Made by a program: the position numbers and the translations under genes. Shown in pieces: positions 1 through 11,897 of a DNA stretch of 64,000 nucleotides; positions within the stretch are counted from its first letter, which is position 1, and every line of letters begins with the position of its first letter. Under the pieces are notes generated by a model. That model saw nothing but the letters and a program-made list of their open reading frames with translations. It was not told where the DNA came from and ran no database searches. The DNA is from Phoronis australis (lineage: Eukaryota; Animalia; Phoronida), in NCBI GenBank assembly GCA_002633005.1, contig NMRA01000108.1, positions 353,006 through 417,005 of the forward strand. Reading direction: 5' to 3'.

Positions 1-10
1 TGTATTGACC

Positions 11-2232
11 TTCAAAGCAACTGCTATAATTTATCCTTATGACATTTTCTGATTTGTAGGATTGTAGAGGTGACTGGACAGAGAAGATGACTCCCCCCAA
101 GGTGTGCAAAAATGTCTCAGCTTGTGGGTAATGTTTGAGTTTATTTGACTCCAGAAACCTCAAATTGTCGCAGCCAAAACCTATGACAGCTTGTTACCCA
201 AAGGCCAGCACAAATTGCCACAGTTTGAATACAGCAACAGTTTGAGGTCTTGCAGGAATCACTTAAGTGTTACAAATGCTCAAATCTTTCTTCACTTTTG
301 TTGACATTCACTTATCCACCAAACTGTTCATAGTTTATACAATTACATAAATAAACAAATCATAGCACAATTTTACTAACCAGTCGCAGCCAAATACATG
401 TTTTCAAAAGCTTCCTCCATATTCCGCTGTTGTTCAGTTTTCTGGTCCAGGCGCTGATGAGGTGGGTTGAAAATGTTTTTCTAAAACACAGCATATGTAT
501 AGTGCAGCATTTATACAGCAATGTATCCAAAAGCTGTACAGTGCAGACTTCAAGCTACTACTTGTTAAGGTATTGCAAAATATTAAGTCAACAAAAATGA
601 AACCTCACTTCAAATTGAACAAACTATTGCCATGGTTGCATCATTCTAATTTGCAAGGGGTGATTACCTGACATAAGAATTGCTCCTACTTGCATTCTAT
701 GACACCTACATGCAGTAAACATAATGTCAAGCATGGAAATGAATCCTTTAATTTTAGTTTTGCATAACAATCAACAAAATGAAAACTCCATCCCATGTTG
801 CGAAATGCATTGGTTTGCTTACCATACTGGTCAGGGAATTGCTCTTCAATTTTGCNTTCAAAGCAACTGCTATAATTTTTCCTTATGACATTTTCTGATT
901 TGTAGGATTGTAGAGGTGACTAGACGAAAAAGATGACTCCCCCAAGGTGTGCAAAAATGTCTCAGCTTGTGGGTAGTATCTGAGTTTATTTGACTCCACA
1001 AACCTCAAATCCTCAAATTGTCGCAGCCAAAACCTACGACAGCTTGTGACCCAAAGGTCAGCACAAATTGTCACAGTTTGAATACAGCAACAGTTTGAGG
1101 TCTTGTAGGAATCACTCAGGGCTTGGAATGACCAATGACAAAAAACGCGGAAACTTTGAAACCTTTTACGGCCCAAATCATGCCCGATAACCAGCCTTGA
1201 AATGGTCAATGTGAACCTTTCCCCGACAAAAATCAATCGGGAGGACTAAAAAAAACAACGTTACCACCATCAGTAGCATGCGTCTGCGTCCTTTTAGCTC
1301 GCCCGTCCACTCCCAACCCACACATTTTTGGCTGCAGAGCGGTAGTATTTGTCGCCGCGCTCAACAATAACACGAGACGCCATTGAAAATCCCACCACGC
1401 TGCCCCAGATGCCCCGGCAATGTTGACAATTTACGTTCCTCCGAAACATAAAGAGCAACTTCCGCTTTTCGAGGTGAACGTCGTCTGCAACGCCGCGGCA
1501 AGAAAGGAATTTGCCACGGAAATTTTATATCAAATCCGATTTTTTACGCGGAAATATTATAAAAAAAGCGGAAAGCACATTTGAAAAAAGCGGAAATCCG
1601 CGTTTCCGCGGAAAATTCCAAGCCCTGATCACTAAAGTGTTAAAAATGCTCAAATCTTTCTTCACTTTTGTTGATATTCACTTATCCACCAAACTGTTCA
1701 TAGTTTATACAGTTACATAAATAAAGAAATCATAGCACAATTTTACTTACCAGTCGCAGCCAAATACATGTTTTCAAAAGCTTCCTCCATATTCCGCTGT
1801 TGTTCAGTTTTCTGGTCTAGGCGCTGATGAGGTGGGTTGAAAATGTTTTTCTAAAACACAGCATATGTACAGTGCAGCATTTATACACTCAGCAATGTAT
1901 CCAAAAGCTCTACAGTGCAGACCTCAAGCTACTACCTGTTAAAAGGTATTTCAAAATATTTAGTCAACAAAAATGAAACCTCACTTCAAATTGAACAAAC
2001 TATTGCCATGGTTGCATCATTTTAAATTTGCAAGGGGTGATTACCTGACATAAGAATTGCTCCTACTTGCATTCTAAGACACCTACATACAGTAAACATA
2101 ATGCCAAGCATGGAACTGAATCCTTTAATTTTAGTTTTGCAGAACAATCTACAAAACGAAAACTCCATCCCATGTGGCGAAATGCATTGGTTTGCTTACC
2201 ATACTGGTCAAGGAATTGCTCTTCAATTTTGC
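11..2232. repeat. Imperfect tandem duplication (11-855 vs 857-2232) joined by a single n; probable uncollapsed haplotypes
   Basis: The sequence after n856 restarts with TTCAAAGCAACTGCTATAAT, as at position 11. Both copies end ...GCTCTTCAATTTTGC. The copies differ by scattered substitutions and small indels, and by a 511-bp insertion in the second copy. Confidence 0.85.
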
Positions 2233-5200
2233 AGGGCTAGTAATTGTCAAAGGTATCTCCAATGCAAAGTTACATCCATTGTTATGCCACTTGCAGAACA
2301 CCAAGTGGTGACATTTGGCCAATAGCAACCAATACCTAACCAGCAGGACATGTGACCAACAGCAACCAATCCCTAACCAGCAGGTGGTAACATGTGACCA
2401 ACAGCAACCAATCCCTAACCAACAGGCGGTGTCATGTGACCAACATTATCCAATCTCAACACTAAATCTCCCTTACAGGTATGTGAGAGACCATCTGAGA
2501 CCTCCTGATCTTGTCTGCCCTCTGTAGTTCACTCAGGTCAAGCAGCAGCTGATCATAGTCCTATAAATAAACAATCATGTGACTGGCACATTCTGCAGCG
2601 AGGGTTAAGGGAAGGGTCGCATCATGGTTCTCATACATAAAATTATCAACATCATGATTCATGGTTGTATTTCACGGATCATGGCAGATACTTGTCCTTC
2701 TTGTGGTCGCTATGGATTCTCGACACCAATTTTCTGGTAGACCACCACTAATTCCTACCTCCTTGCCCCAATCCCAATTTGTGTTCTCATTCAAGTTCTA
2801 GGATTCAGATTAATTTCACGGTGACCTTCAAATCATAGTTCACGGCTATGAAAATCACCAGTTTTGTTTCATGAATGCCAAAAACAGCATTTCACGAGTC
2901 GCTGAAAAGTCCTTCATGCCCTCTATATGTGTGCAGAACATTTTGGCAATACTAGTAATAGCGTGAGCTAAATTTGATAACTGCTTAATGACATTGTCAT
3001 ACAAATAAGAAAACAAAGGGAAAAACACAGCTCCAAAACACAATGATAAATACAATGTGCAGAGGAAAAATCACCAATTTAAGGCTGAGAAAGTATTATG
3101 CATTTGGTCACATATTTAAAACAATACATCAAAGTTGAACATTTAACTCAATTGAAGAAAAAATCTGTAGGCAGAAAGGAATTTTATTAATTTTATTTTT
3201 TGTCACTACCAATCTGTCTTTAGGTGGTTCATGTATCCATGCAATTTCAGTAACTTTTAACAAAAAACAGTGTACATTTATAGCAAAACAACATTTATCT
3301 GTAAAATAGCAAAAGACAATATGATAAATGTGCTCATTTTAATTTCTGTTTTATGCAATGCTTGATTTTGTCATGAAAATCGCTTATGCAAAAAGTTAAA
3401 CATTTTGAAAACAATTATTCTTAAAAGCATTTTAGAGAGCATGGTCTCTGAAACTTTCAGTCCATTCTGAGGTACGACGTACTAAAGTTAGCTAACTTCT
3501 GATTTTTTTCCAGGAATACGGTCAAGACATCATCAGTGCTGTAGCAGCCAAATCGCTTACTCATAAAATAAACCAAAATTTAAAACCAAAAATATTCATA
3601 TCATCCATGACTATCAAGTCGAGTGTTCTACCTGTTTTAACAACTCCTTCCGCCGAGCGTGATTGTGCCGCAATCTTGCCTTCTCCAGGGTTTCTTGCCG
3701 CAACTTCTTGTCCAGCTCTCGTCGTTCCTCAATGCGTAGCTCTTCCTCCTGTGCGGCCATCTTGGCGTTCTGGCCGTCTGCCTCGTCTGCGCGTTCCACG
3801 GCAAAGTCTTGCATATGGTGCATCGTGTGAGAGAAGGAGGTGGCATCATAGACACGAACAGGCTTGTCTGAGAAATAAATCAATTTTACTCTATTGTAAT
3901 TAAAAAACTGTCAATAGAGGGCACAATATGCCATGGACCTGTCCGCAAATCAGTGTTCTGTTCTCGTTAGGAAAAAATTGAAAATTTCGTGAAATCCAGC
4001 AGGAAAGACTGCGGTGGACGGTGATTAAAAGACGACGGCAATATAACTCCCATACTTACTGCAACAGGAACATTTTTCAGGATCCATTTTTCATGCGGAC
4101 CTTTGAAAGTTAACAGTCATTGATGTTAGATAAACATATCCTAAAAGCAATACGTGTATATATGAACAATGTAAAAGTTTTAACAACGTTTTGATATGCA
4201 TTCTGTCATAGCACTTTTAAGATATCACTTCGTTGGCAGGTTGGCTTATATTCAAACTCTGATCACAATTATCAGTTTTTGTGAATGCTTTCCATCAAAT
4301 TATGTAAACATTCTATTACTATGATCAAAATATCACGTTATGATGACTTACGTCGGGGTTCTTTCAAATTTCTGACTGGATCTGGAGGAGGGGGAGGCAA
4401 AGAAGCTATCCTTGATGCTCTTACTCGCTCAAGTTGCAGTGCACTTTTTCTGCACAAGAAACATGAAAGACAAGCGTGATAGTAAACTGTGGCAATTCAA
4501 CTTTGCAAAAAAAAAAGATTTTAAAGCACATAATTGCATCTAACAAATCTTTACTTTTCAGCAGACTAAAATTCATGACCTTCACATAAAGGACACAGCT
4601 CAACCTAGTTATACTGAGGCGTAACGTCAATGCATTCCCTGAGGCATCATAAACAACTATCTGCTGCCAACTGGAGAAAGATTGATAATTTCATGGACAA
4701 AACAAAAGTTAATCAAACTATTCAGCAATCCTGTCAATTTCTAAAATCCACCATGAAGCTGAACATTTCTGGCCATTGTATGAACCAAATGTAAAGAGAA
4801 AATTTTACCTATAAAATATGTGGGCGTATTCTTCAACCGTTCTAGTCTCCCTATCGCTCCTCAACTTCTGAAGAGCAGCCAACTGACGTTCCTCGGCTCT
4901 CTTTTGGTCCTCCAACATGACAATGACTTGTTCTTCATACTTTGGATCCTGAAACAGCAATTGCCACAGTCACCAGCAAAGTGGGCAGGGGTGTTCGCAA
5001 GTAAAATTCCAAATATTCTGCGGGACCAGTCTTTATTCTAGTTTATCCTATTTTTTTCTAGTTTTTGAAGCGCAAAACAACAACATCTATTCCAAGTCAC
5101 GTGACAGGGTTATGTTCCATCAAAGTGGAGGAGAATATCGTCATGGTAGTTTGAACAAAATGAGCGAGTCAGCAAACACTAAACGGAAACTGTTTGCTAA

Positions 5201-8200
5201 GAAATTTCACCATCAGAGTAGCCAAAAGTGTTGAACACCTATACCAGGATTGGATGGCTTGCAGTGAACAGGGATTAATCATGACTTCCTAGTGCTCCTA
5301 CCCCTGTCAATGCCAGTATCCATGGCAACTTACAAAGTCTTTTGCCGCTTGATGGCTCTGTCCCACCGTCCTCAAGTTCGCGTCATAGACGTTCTGGAGT
5401 CTCCGTAACTCCTCAGCTTTCTCCAGCTGCCACTCAGTTGCGATCTTGTCAGCCAACTTGTTCAGTTGTTTCTCTTTTTCCTTTCGCACAGCATCGCGTA
5501 TCTTTGATGCATTCCTTTTGGCTATCTCACGAACCTATAGACAAGATGTCAGGTAAATATGCAAACGTGGAGGGAAATTAGTAGGACAGGGCATAACGAT
5601 CTAAAAACGACTTCCTAAAATTGCTTTGAGGAGGTGAAGTAGTGACATCATTATAGAAATGATGTTGCAATAACATCACTGATAAGTATGTCTAAACAAG
5701 CGTCCAACCTGGAGTAAAAATTGTTTATAACTTAAAAACTGTTGAATTTGGACAATTCGCTAGAAAATGACATCTGATCGACATCTTTTGAAACAGCAAA
5801 GAATGCAACAAAAAGATAGAGTGACTTGGTTCAGATAAGTATAGTATACCTGTCTTAAACAGTTCAATCTTAGCTTGTGCTTGCAGTGGGGACGGTACAA
5901 ATGTTTGCTTCTAAACTAAAAATGACCACAGACAGATGCACTCTAATCTACAGATTCACTCTAAAACAAACAGTATTATGCAACTGGTAAAAGTACGCAT
6001 TCCAAATATCCAACATACTAAACAGATAGCAAGCACCAGCCAGGTTTGACATGTCAAATGAATGACTTTCCGTTACAAAACATCTGTTGCATGTTGTTGT
6101 AATGGCACCTCTATCGAACTACGGATAGACTCAATTATAAAATAAAGAACAAAAACAATTTCCGAAAAGGCTTTGCCAAGTGTGCAAGTAGTTCCGGTTT
6201 CTTTACTAGTGCATCAGACATGCGCAAGCCACATGGTTGGAACCCCTGCACAAAAGACCTGTGAGCAAAACTCATGCGAGCCCTGCTATCGATCAACATG
6301 ATCTTCGTGAAAGAAGCGTTCAAGTCTGCATGTGTCTGTTAAGTAAATAGACAGACTTTACCATTTGTTGCCATGCACTATTAGTTGTAGGCGTGCGATG
6401 GTGCCACACGGAAGCTTGCATGAAAAGCTGGGCAAGACAAGCAGGTGTTTAGGAGTTTCAAAGTCAGTATTGCCTACACAACTTACTTTCACCTAGTTGA
6501 TAAGTACTTAAAGCTAAACAACGGAGTGTAAATAACATGTGACGAAAATGAAGCTGCTGCAGACACTGCCAGGGCCATTGTTCATCCAAGGGGAAAGGTG
6601 CCTGTGCCTTCTGAGACGGGAATATTTCGGGGTGATGGGAAAATTCTGCATCTCAATCACCATCGATAGCACCTCTCACCCTGTTACAAGCCCTCATAGG
6701 CTCTTCCTCAAGTAGCCAAACTAACTTTTTGTGCTATTTCAAATTGTCACCTGTGTGAGTTACAAGCGATTCAAACCTCGAAGTTTTGTGTGATTTTTCA
6801 ATAGTTTTCACAGGGGGGCCGATATTAGGCCCCAAAATCGAGCGATTGAGGGCCCTGACTAATTAATTATTGAGAACACAAATAATATACCTGAACGAGT
6901 CTTTGTTTACGCCGCCGCTCTACCTCTTCTTTATAAAGACGTTCAGCTTCATTTGGACTAAGTTTATATGGCATTTTGGCAACCTATCAACACACAACAA
7001 TTACAAAATTATGTAACAATGTAACAAATCCAGGGTTCGACATTAACAGCTGTCCGATTGTCCAGGACAACTAAAAATAAGTTGCAGACAAGTCGAATTT
7101 CTAATTGGCTTTCCAAACAGACAACTTAATTTTTTTCCAGTTCTGCACTTAGGTCTATCCTATCTTAAATGCACGGACGTGCAAAGTACTTTCTGTAAGC
7201 ACTTTGCAACGTGGAAATCATTAAAATACTTCCAAGAGACTTACTACCATCCTGCCAGGGAACCCGACTTCAACCATATGTTGGGGCAATAGCCAATCAA
7301 TCTCATAATTTCATGTAACTAGTTTCATTTAGCGCTCGGCTGCAATGGCCACTGGTCAATCACTTCAAATTCAAAATAATCTTTTTAACAGTATGATTTG
7401 TTCTGCCACTACAGTAATGTTTGACAGTATCATATCCTATTACGACACTGATGACGTACGACATTTTTTTGACTTGCCGTCAGCTCCGCAATGTGACATT
7501 TTTTTACTAATTATGCTACACACTGACAAAACCATCATCAAAGTCATGTTGCTAACAACTTTTGAGCATATAGTGACACCCTAATAGGAAACTGTTGATG
7601 TCATTAATTCCTACCAACTCAAACAAATACTAATTCATCATTAACATTTCTTTCAAATACACGTCTCTTTGTTCATCAACGATACTAAGAGGTGTGACCC
7701 TAAGCACTAACAAACTCTGACGTATGACGAGTGTAGTGCGTTAGCAATTGGCTTACTCACGAGGTCATGGAAGTTGACCTCGATGTGACTGAAAAATTTA
7801 CACGTAGCCAAAATAGAAATGGCTCAGTTCTCGATTTCAATAACTGAATAGCTGAAATGCTTGATATTTAGAGGAAAAACAGAAAAATTTTCCTGGGCGG
7901 AAGGGGGCAAACCGAATGGGGGGAGGTCAGGAGGGGGGTTTTCCCCCTCCCGACCTCCCCCCATTCGGTGCTATGCGCATCTACAATCGTGCTTTGCGCA
8001 AATGTTTACAGACAAAATGTTGGGCCCCCCTTGTGATAACCTAGATCCGCTACTGGTTACCTAGTTCAGTAGTTGCCAAGTCAGTGTCAGTCATGCAGAT
8101 ATCCCTGCCTCGAGGCTCGACTTCGTTATGTGACAGTGTTATTCAGTGGGGGAAACTGGTTAACAAATCCCTTTGAAATCAGGAACCCACCTATCTGACT

Positions 8201-8259
8201 AACACCGCATTAATTTTGAGTAAGATTTTACTTGAACATTTTACTACTCACGTCGTCAT
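381..8259 (-). CDS. CEP295: Centrosomal protein CEP295 (KIAA1731/Ana1) orthologue, 5' part; continues beyond the left edge of the window
   Basis: Phase-consistent GT-AG exons: 8252-8259, 7761-7788, 6891-6983, 5334-5534, 4809-4948, 4352-4449, 3632-3867, 2477-2560, 1751-1850 (second copy of this exon at 381-480). Translation includes MPYKLSPNEAERLYKEEVERRRKQRLVQVREIAKRNASKIRDAVRKEKEKQLNKLADKIATEW...LRTVGQSHQAAKD, RASRIASLPPPPPDP and QRNMEEAFENMYLAA. This matches the conserved CEP295 N-terminus as I recall it (LSPNEE..KEDYERRRKLRLLQVRE; SLPPPPP; ELEFAFEDMY). The two 5'-most micro-exons are less certain. Confidence 0.9.
1117..1627. mobile_element. Non-autonomous DNA transposon (MITE), CAGGGCTTGGAAT terminal inverted repeats, 6-bp TSD
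   Basis: Termini CAGGGCTTGGAAT...ATTCCAAGCCCTG are flanked by direct repeat ATCACT (1111-1116 and 1628-1633). The element is absent at the equivalent site of the first duplicate copy, which has a single ATCACT near 258-263. Confidence 0.9.
2312..2454. repeat. Minisatellite, ~42-bp unit, ~3.5 copies, in a CEP295 intron
   Basis: TGTGACCAACAGCAACCAATCCCTAACCA(G/A)CAGG(T/C)GGT..CA starts at 2351 and 2393, with degenerate copies at ~2312 and 2435. Confidence 0.85.
5316..5329. promoter_or_regulatory. RFX X-box-like motif in a CEP295 intron
   Basis: GTATCCATGGCAAC fits the 14-bp X-box consensus GTHNYY-AT-RRNAAC. It lies 4 nt inside the intron, next to the donor of exon 5334-5534. Confidence 0.45.
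6570..6858. mobile_element. Interspersed repeat / MITE-like element with CAGGGCC...GGCCCTG ends; second copy at ~60217-60420
   Basis: Shared block CCTGTGCCTTCTG...ATATTTCGGGGT...GGAAAATTCT...TCACCATC.ATAGCACC...CCTGTT.CAAGCCCTCATAGGCTC at both sites. No clear TSD. Confidence 0.65.
7875..8056. mobile_element. MITE fragment with internal GC-rich hairpin
   Basis: GGGGGAGGTCAGGAGGGGG-GTTTT-CCCCCTCCCGACCTCCCCC forms a palindrome (7919-7961). The terminus CTAGATCCGCTACTG (reverse complement CAGTAGCGGATCTAG) resembles hAT-type MITE ends. Confidence 0.45.
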
Positions 8260-8700
8260 CACTGCAAAGCTGTCCGTTTTTTGTGTTTATTTGTAGTTGG
8301 CCGACTAGATTCAAATTCACTCTGGCTGTTTTTCAAAACCTCAGATTACAATAAATTGGCAGTCAAAATGTTTGTTTTTTAGAGTTTGTGTTGCATGAAA
8401 GCGATGAAAATCAAAAAGCATACTTAACTACGCTGCATACAAAACATTTCCAGAGCTCAGATCCAGTCGTTTTCAAAGGAGGCCGCCATTTTTCGTTTTA
8501 CGACACCTATTTTACGACAGCACCACAATGCCTTGCGTGGGATAAACATCCTGCGTTTAGCAGACAGCCCGAAGGAAAGCGACGTGTTGGAGTCTGTTCA
8601 CGGGTCAGAAGGTGCAGTGCCATATGTTTAAAAATTTGTCGTTCTGTCGAAACTCAACTTTGTAAAAACAATGTCTAGATGCGTAGGGGGGTCATTTGGT
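8260..8700. promoter_or_regulatory. Bidirectional promoter region CEP295/SMCO4
   Basis: Lies between divergent genes and is locally CpG-richer. Contains a YY1-type GCCGCCATTTT (~8481-8491) and a ZNF143/Staf-like CACCACAATGCCTTGCG (8521-8537). Confidence 0.55.
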
Positions 8701-9192
8701 GGAAATATGTGGTAACGGGCTTGGTAGCGAGTCACTGTACTCCTAGACTCATACTGACTTTGACTAGTTTTTTACGGCTTACTCTTACTGGCTACAGTAT
8801 AAGACCATATGGATGATCACACAGTCTGGATCATCAGATTAAACTTTAGATAGTGACCAATGTCTGTAGCTGGCTCAGTTGGAGACGTCGGTCACTGTCT
8901 AAGTAAACTTTTCATTATGGTAACCAGTAGGTACTGTCATCAGCCGCTCATTAGCTGTTAATAATGCACTGAATATATTATAGTGTCATGAGGGACTGGG
9001 TTGCTTAAAGCTAAGTGCCTGTGACTATAAGCCGTAGGATTCTGGCTACATGCAGGATAGGCCAACTTAAAGCACATGTTAAACAAAAATCTTAAGGTTT
9101 CTTTTGTATAGACGTTCAATAAAATTTTTAACTTGACGTATCTTTTTTTCTTTAGTCATCTGCTCTGGATCACTGCCCAAGGCAACGGAATT

Positions 9193-9462
9193 ATGCGTCA
9201 ACTGAAAGGCAAAGTAAAGGAGTCCAAAAAGGAGAAAAGAGAGCGTAAAAAGGCATTTTCACAGAATAAAAATGCATTGTTCACTGTCATCCCCATCCTG
9301 ATAATTATATTTGCTCTGATTGTCTGGTTTGTCTACGCCAATTCAAGACCACGCGGGAATGATCTTGATTTCGGATTTAACGATGTCCCCGATTCACCAG
9401 GAAGTGATGCAGACATGAAGGGTCATCATGATTATGCAACAATTGATGCCGAAGACATGTGA
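9193..9462 (+). CDS. SMCO4: Single-pass membrane and coiled-coil domain protein 4 (SMCO4/C11orf75), 89 aa
   Basis: Single coding exon after the acceptor TTTTTTTCTTTAG (ends 9155); ATG at 9193. MRQLKGKVKESKKEKRERKKAF...VIPILIIIFALIVWFVYANSRP matches the SMCO4 pattern MRQLKGKPKKETSKDKKERKQ...TM...VFVYVATRP. Confidence 0.9.
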   Translation: MRQLKGKVKESKKEKRERKKAFSQNKNALFTVIPILIIIFALIVWFVYANSRPRGNDLDFGFNDVPDSPGSDADMKGHHDYATIDAEDM

Positions 9463-10277
9463 TTATTCAAGAGACAAATGAACTTTGCAAAAAAATTTTA
9501 GAAGAATCAAGAAGATGACATTTGTAACTCTTTTTATTTACAAATTTTATTTTATTTTTGAGAGACTTATACGGCAGCAATTAAGCCCACCGGACAATTT
9601 ACAGGGAATTCAAAAAAGTTAAGTTGTCTAAGTCTTCCAGATGTAAACTGTATAATGTACAAGCTTCAGAACTTCAGTGTGGAGGAGTTAAGTGATAGTG
9701 AAACTTATTTTTGCTTGAAAGCTAGGTACCAAACCCAGTTTTAGCCTATTTACAGATGTTAAAAACAATGGTCCCTCAGTAACCTGCAAATGTTTTGGGC
9801 AAAAGTTGAAAAATTCATTGCCAAAAAATTCTGCTGAACGAACAAGCGTGACCTATATATACACTCTATGCGGCGAGTTGCAATAAATGTATGGAAAAAC
9901 CACCCATCAAGAACGATATTCTATCTGTGACAAAGAAAGTTGGAGTTTTATTTCAAACCTGCTTTTAGACTCAAATGGGATGCCAGTGATGGGTTAGCAG
10001 ATGACTGTGGAACGAGGATCGTTGATATCCTCAAAACAGGGTTTAGCCTTTTAACTCAGTTTCGTGGAACGGTTGGTCTAGATCATGCTCAAGGCTCTTG
10101 CTTAAGTTGCATTTCATTGCACGTGGGAAAATATCTTTTAGTCCTGTCGAATCTTACTAATATGTAAGATGAAATCTGTTTAGGTTTTTCTTTTGGGTGA
10201 TGGAACTTGCTTTGCCTTGTTTTTTACTGCATGCAAATGATTTGCACACATCTCATCCAAATGTGGGGCCTACCAAG

Positions 10278-10385
10278 AGATTTTATCAGAGTACGGTGAA
10301 TTCCGACTTCTCAAGGGCTGAGTGCCAGCACTTGAACAACCGCACCACTGAACTTTGTCAGATTTAATAAAAAATCCGACGTATC
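10278..10385. repeat. Diverged ~110-bp interspersed repeat; second copy at ~12460-12570
   Basis: AGAGAT..TTTTATC.GAGTACGGTGAAT...GAACAAC.G.ACC.CTGAAC.TT...AAAATCCGAC at both positions. Confidence 0.55.
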
Positions 10386-11897
10386 TGATGTATCTTCGTC
10401 GTATTAGTTTTGCTGAGTTTAGTATCTATTTACACTGTTCCGGATAACAATTCTTTGGGTGTGGTGGAGGTTGATTGTAATTGTGGTAATGGGATGTAAT
10501 CATTCTCTTTTTGAAAATTCATTGAGAATCATGATAGATGTTACAAATAGCTTTGTACTTAACTACAAGCCCGGTGAGTGGTTCTTCTGTAGAAGGGGAT
10601 TGTGAGCCGGATAACCTCGGAAGGATAATTTGCCGCTGTGTATTAAATCTTGGGTGGATTTGAGGTATCCACTGCAGTTGGGGGAGTTGTGGAAGACATT
10701 CAGTCTTTGTATTGACTAGTGTATAATTTTTCGTAGCTTGTTATTGTCAAGGCTACCTGTTTTACCAATATCTCAGGAATTGAATTGTAACAGATTATCC
10801 AGAATAGACCTGGAACTTTGTGCACTAAGGAATGTAATAGTTAGTACAGTAGGTACATTTTTGTTTTACATTATAATGAGACTTTCTGCTCATTTGAGCT
10901 GGAATTTGCATCGGGTTGTGCAGCTTTGGAATTTGGTAGGATCAATGTATAAGATTTGTGGCCTTAATCTGTTGTTTTGTCTGGTCATACAGGGTATCTC
11001 GGTGTGTACACCAAGTCTATTTCCTAGTGTAAAGATTATCAAACTTTGAAGACATTTCCTAAATTTTAAATGTAGAATTTTTCTTTTCTCCATACAAATT
11101 CCAGAATTTTTGATATACAGTGCATCCTGCTTATTGTCATACCTTCATTTTCAAGTAACTTACGAAAATAAGCGGGATATTCAATTAAACGGGTTTCGAC
11201 TTTGCAGTGATTGTCACCACTCCTATAAGCTACGTATTCAGGGATAAGTGGAGACCGAGTCTCGGAGTAAGACCGGTAAACAGAACACGACGGATTTTAA
11301 CCCCCAGCGCCGAGATCCCATAATGAAGCAAATGAGTTCAATTAAGATGAATTAGGTTAGTTTTTTGACAGAAAGGTGAAGGTACCCATTCCAATACGTA
11401 AGTGGGTGAAAATCAATTTTGCCAATTTTTTATTGACAGTATCCAGGAATATGGCGTTTAATTATGAGGTGGCTTTGCAATATTTATTTAACCTAAACAT
11501 TTCAGAAGAATGTTTACGTTTTTGTCAGTACGTACAGAAACTCGTTCTTATTTTGGTGCATTTCTGAATGTTTAGAGATATATAGCTTGTATACCTTTGA
11601 CCAACTGTTTTGTGAATGCACTCCTTTTGTTTATGGTAATTCCTAATGCACTGGTTGCATTGCGGTGACTGGAGAGAACCACTTCACTGATGCAAGTCTA
11701 TCTGAAATATGTAACTGAATTGGAGAATTGAACTCCAAGCTTTGATGTTTGTGAATACAGGTTTTTATTGTTCTTGTTGCAGTTCAAAATGCCCCTACAC
11801 TAAATATATGTATGGAGAGAGCACTTAATGACGTTTAATCATTTAGACCATTTATTGATGGGTAAACACCAAATAACTTTAATGTCCCCCAGACACA

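Noticed and set aside
883-1720. ORFs 883-1236, 1511-1720 and similar ORFs at 21008-21578
   Set aside because: They are chance frames across the MITE and its flanks, with no transposase motifs.
2315-2527. ORF with repeated CDQQQPIPNQQ units
   Set aside because: It is the translation of the 42-bp minisatellite and is antisense to a real CEP295 exon.
2560-8250. Intronic sno/scaRNA in CEP295 (the vertebrate locus region hosts such RNAs as I recall)
   Set aside because: No convincing C/D or H/ACA box arrangement with terminal stems was visible by eye; an Infernal/Rfam scan would be needed.
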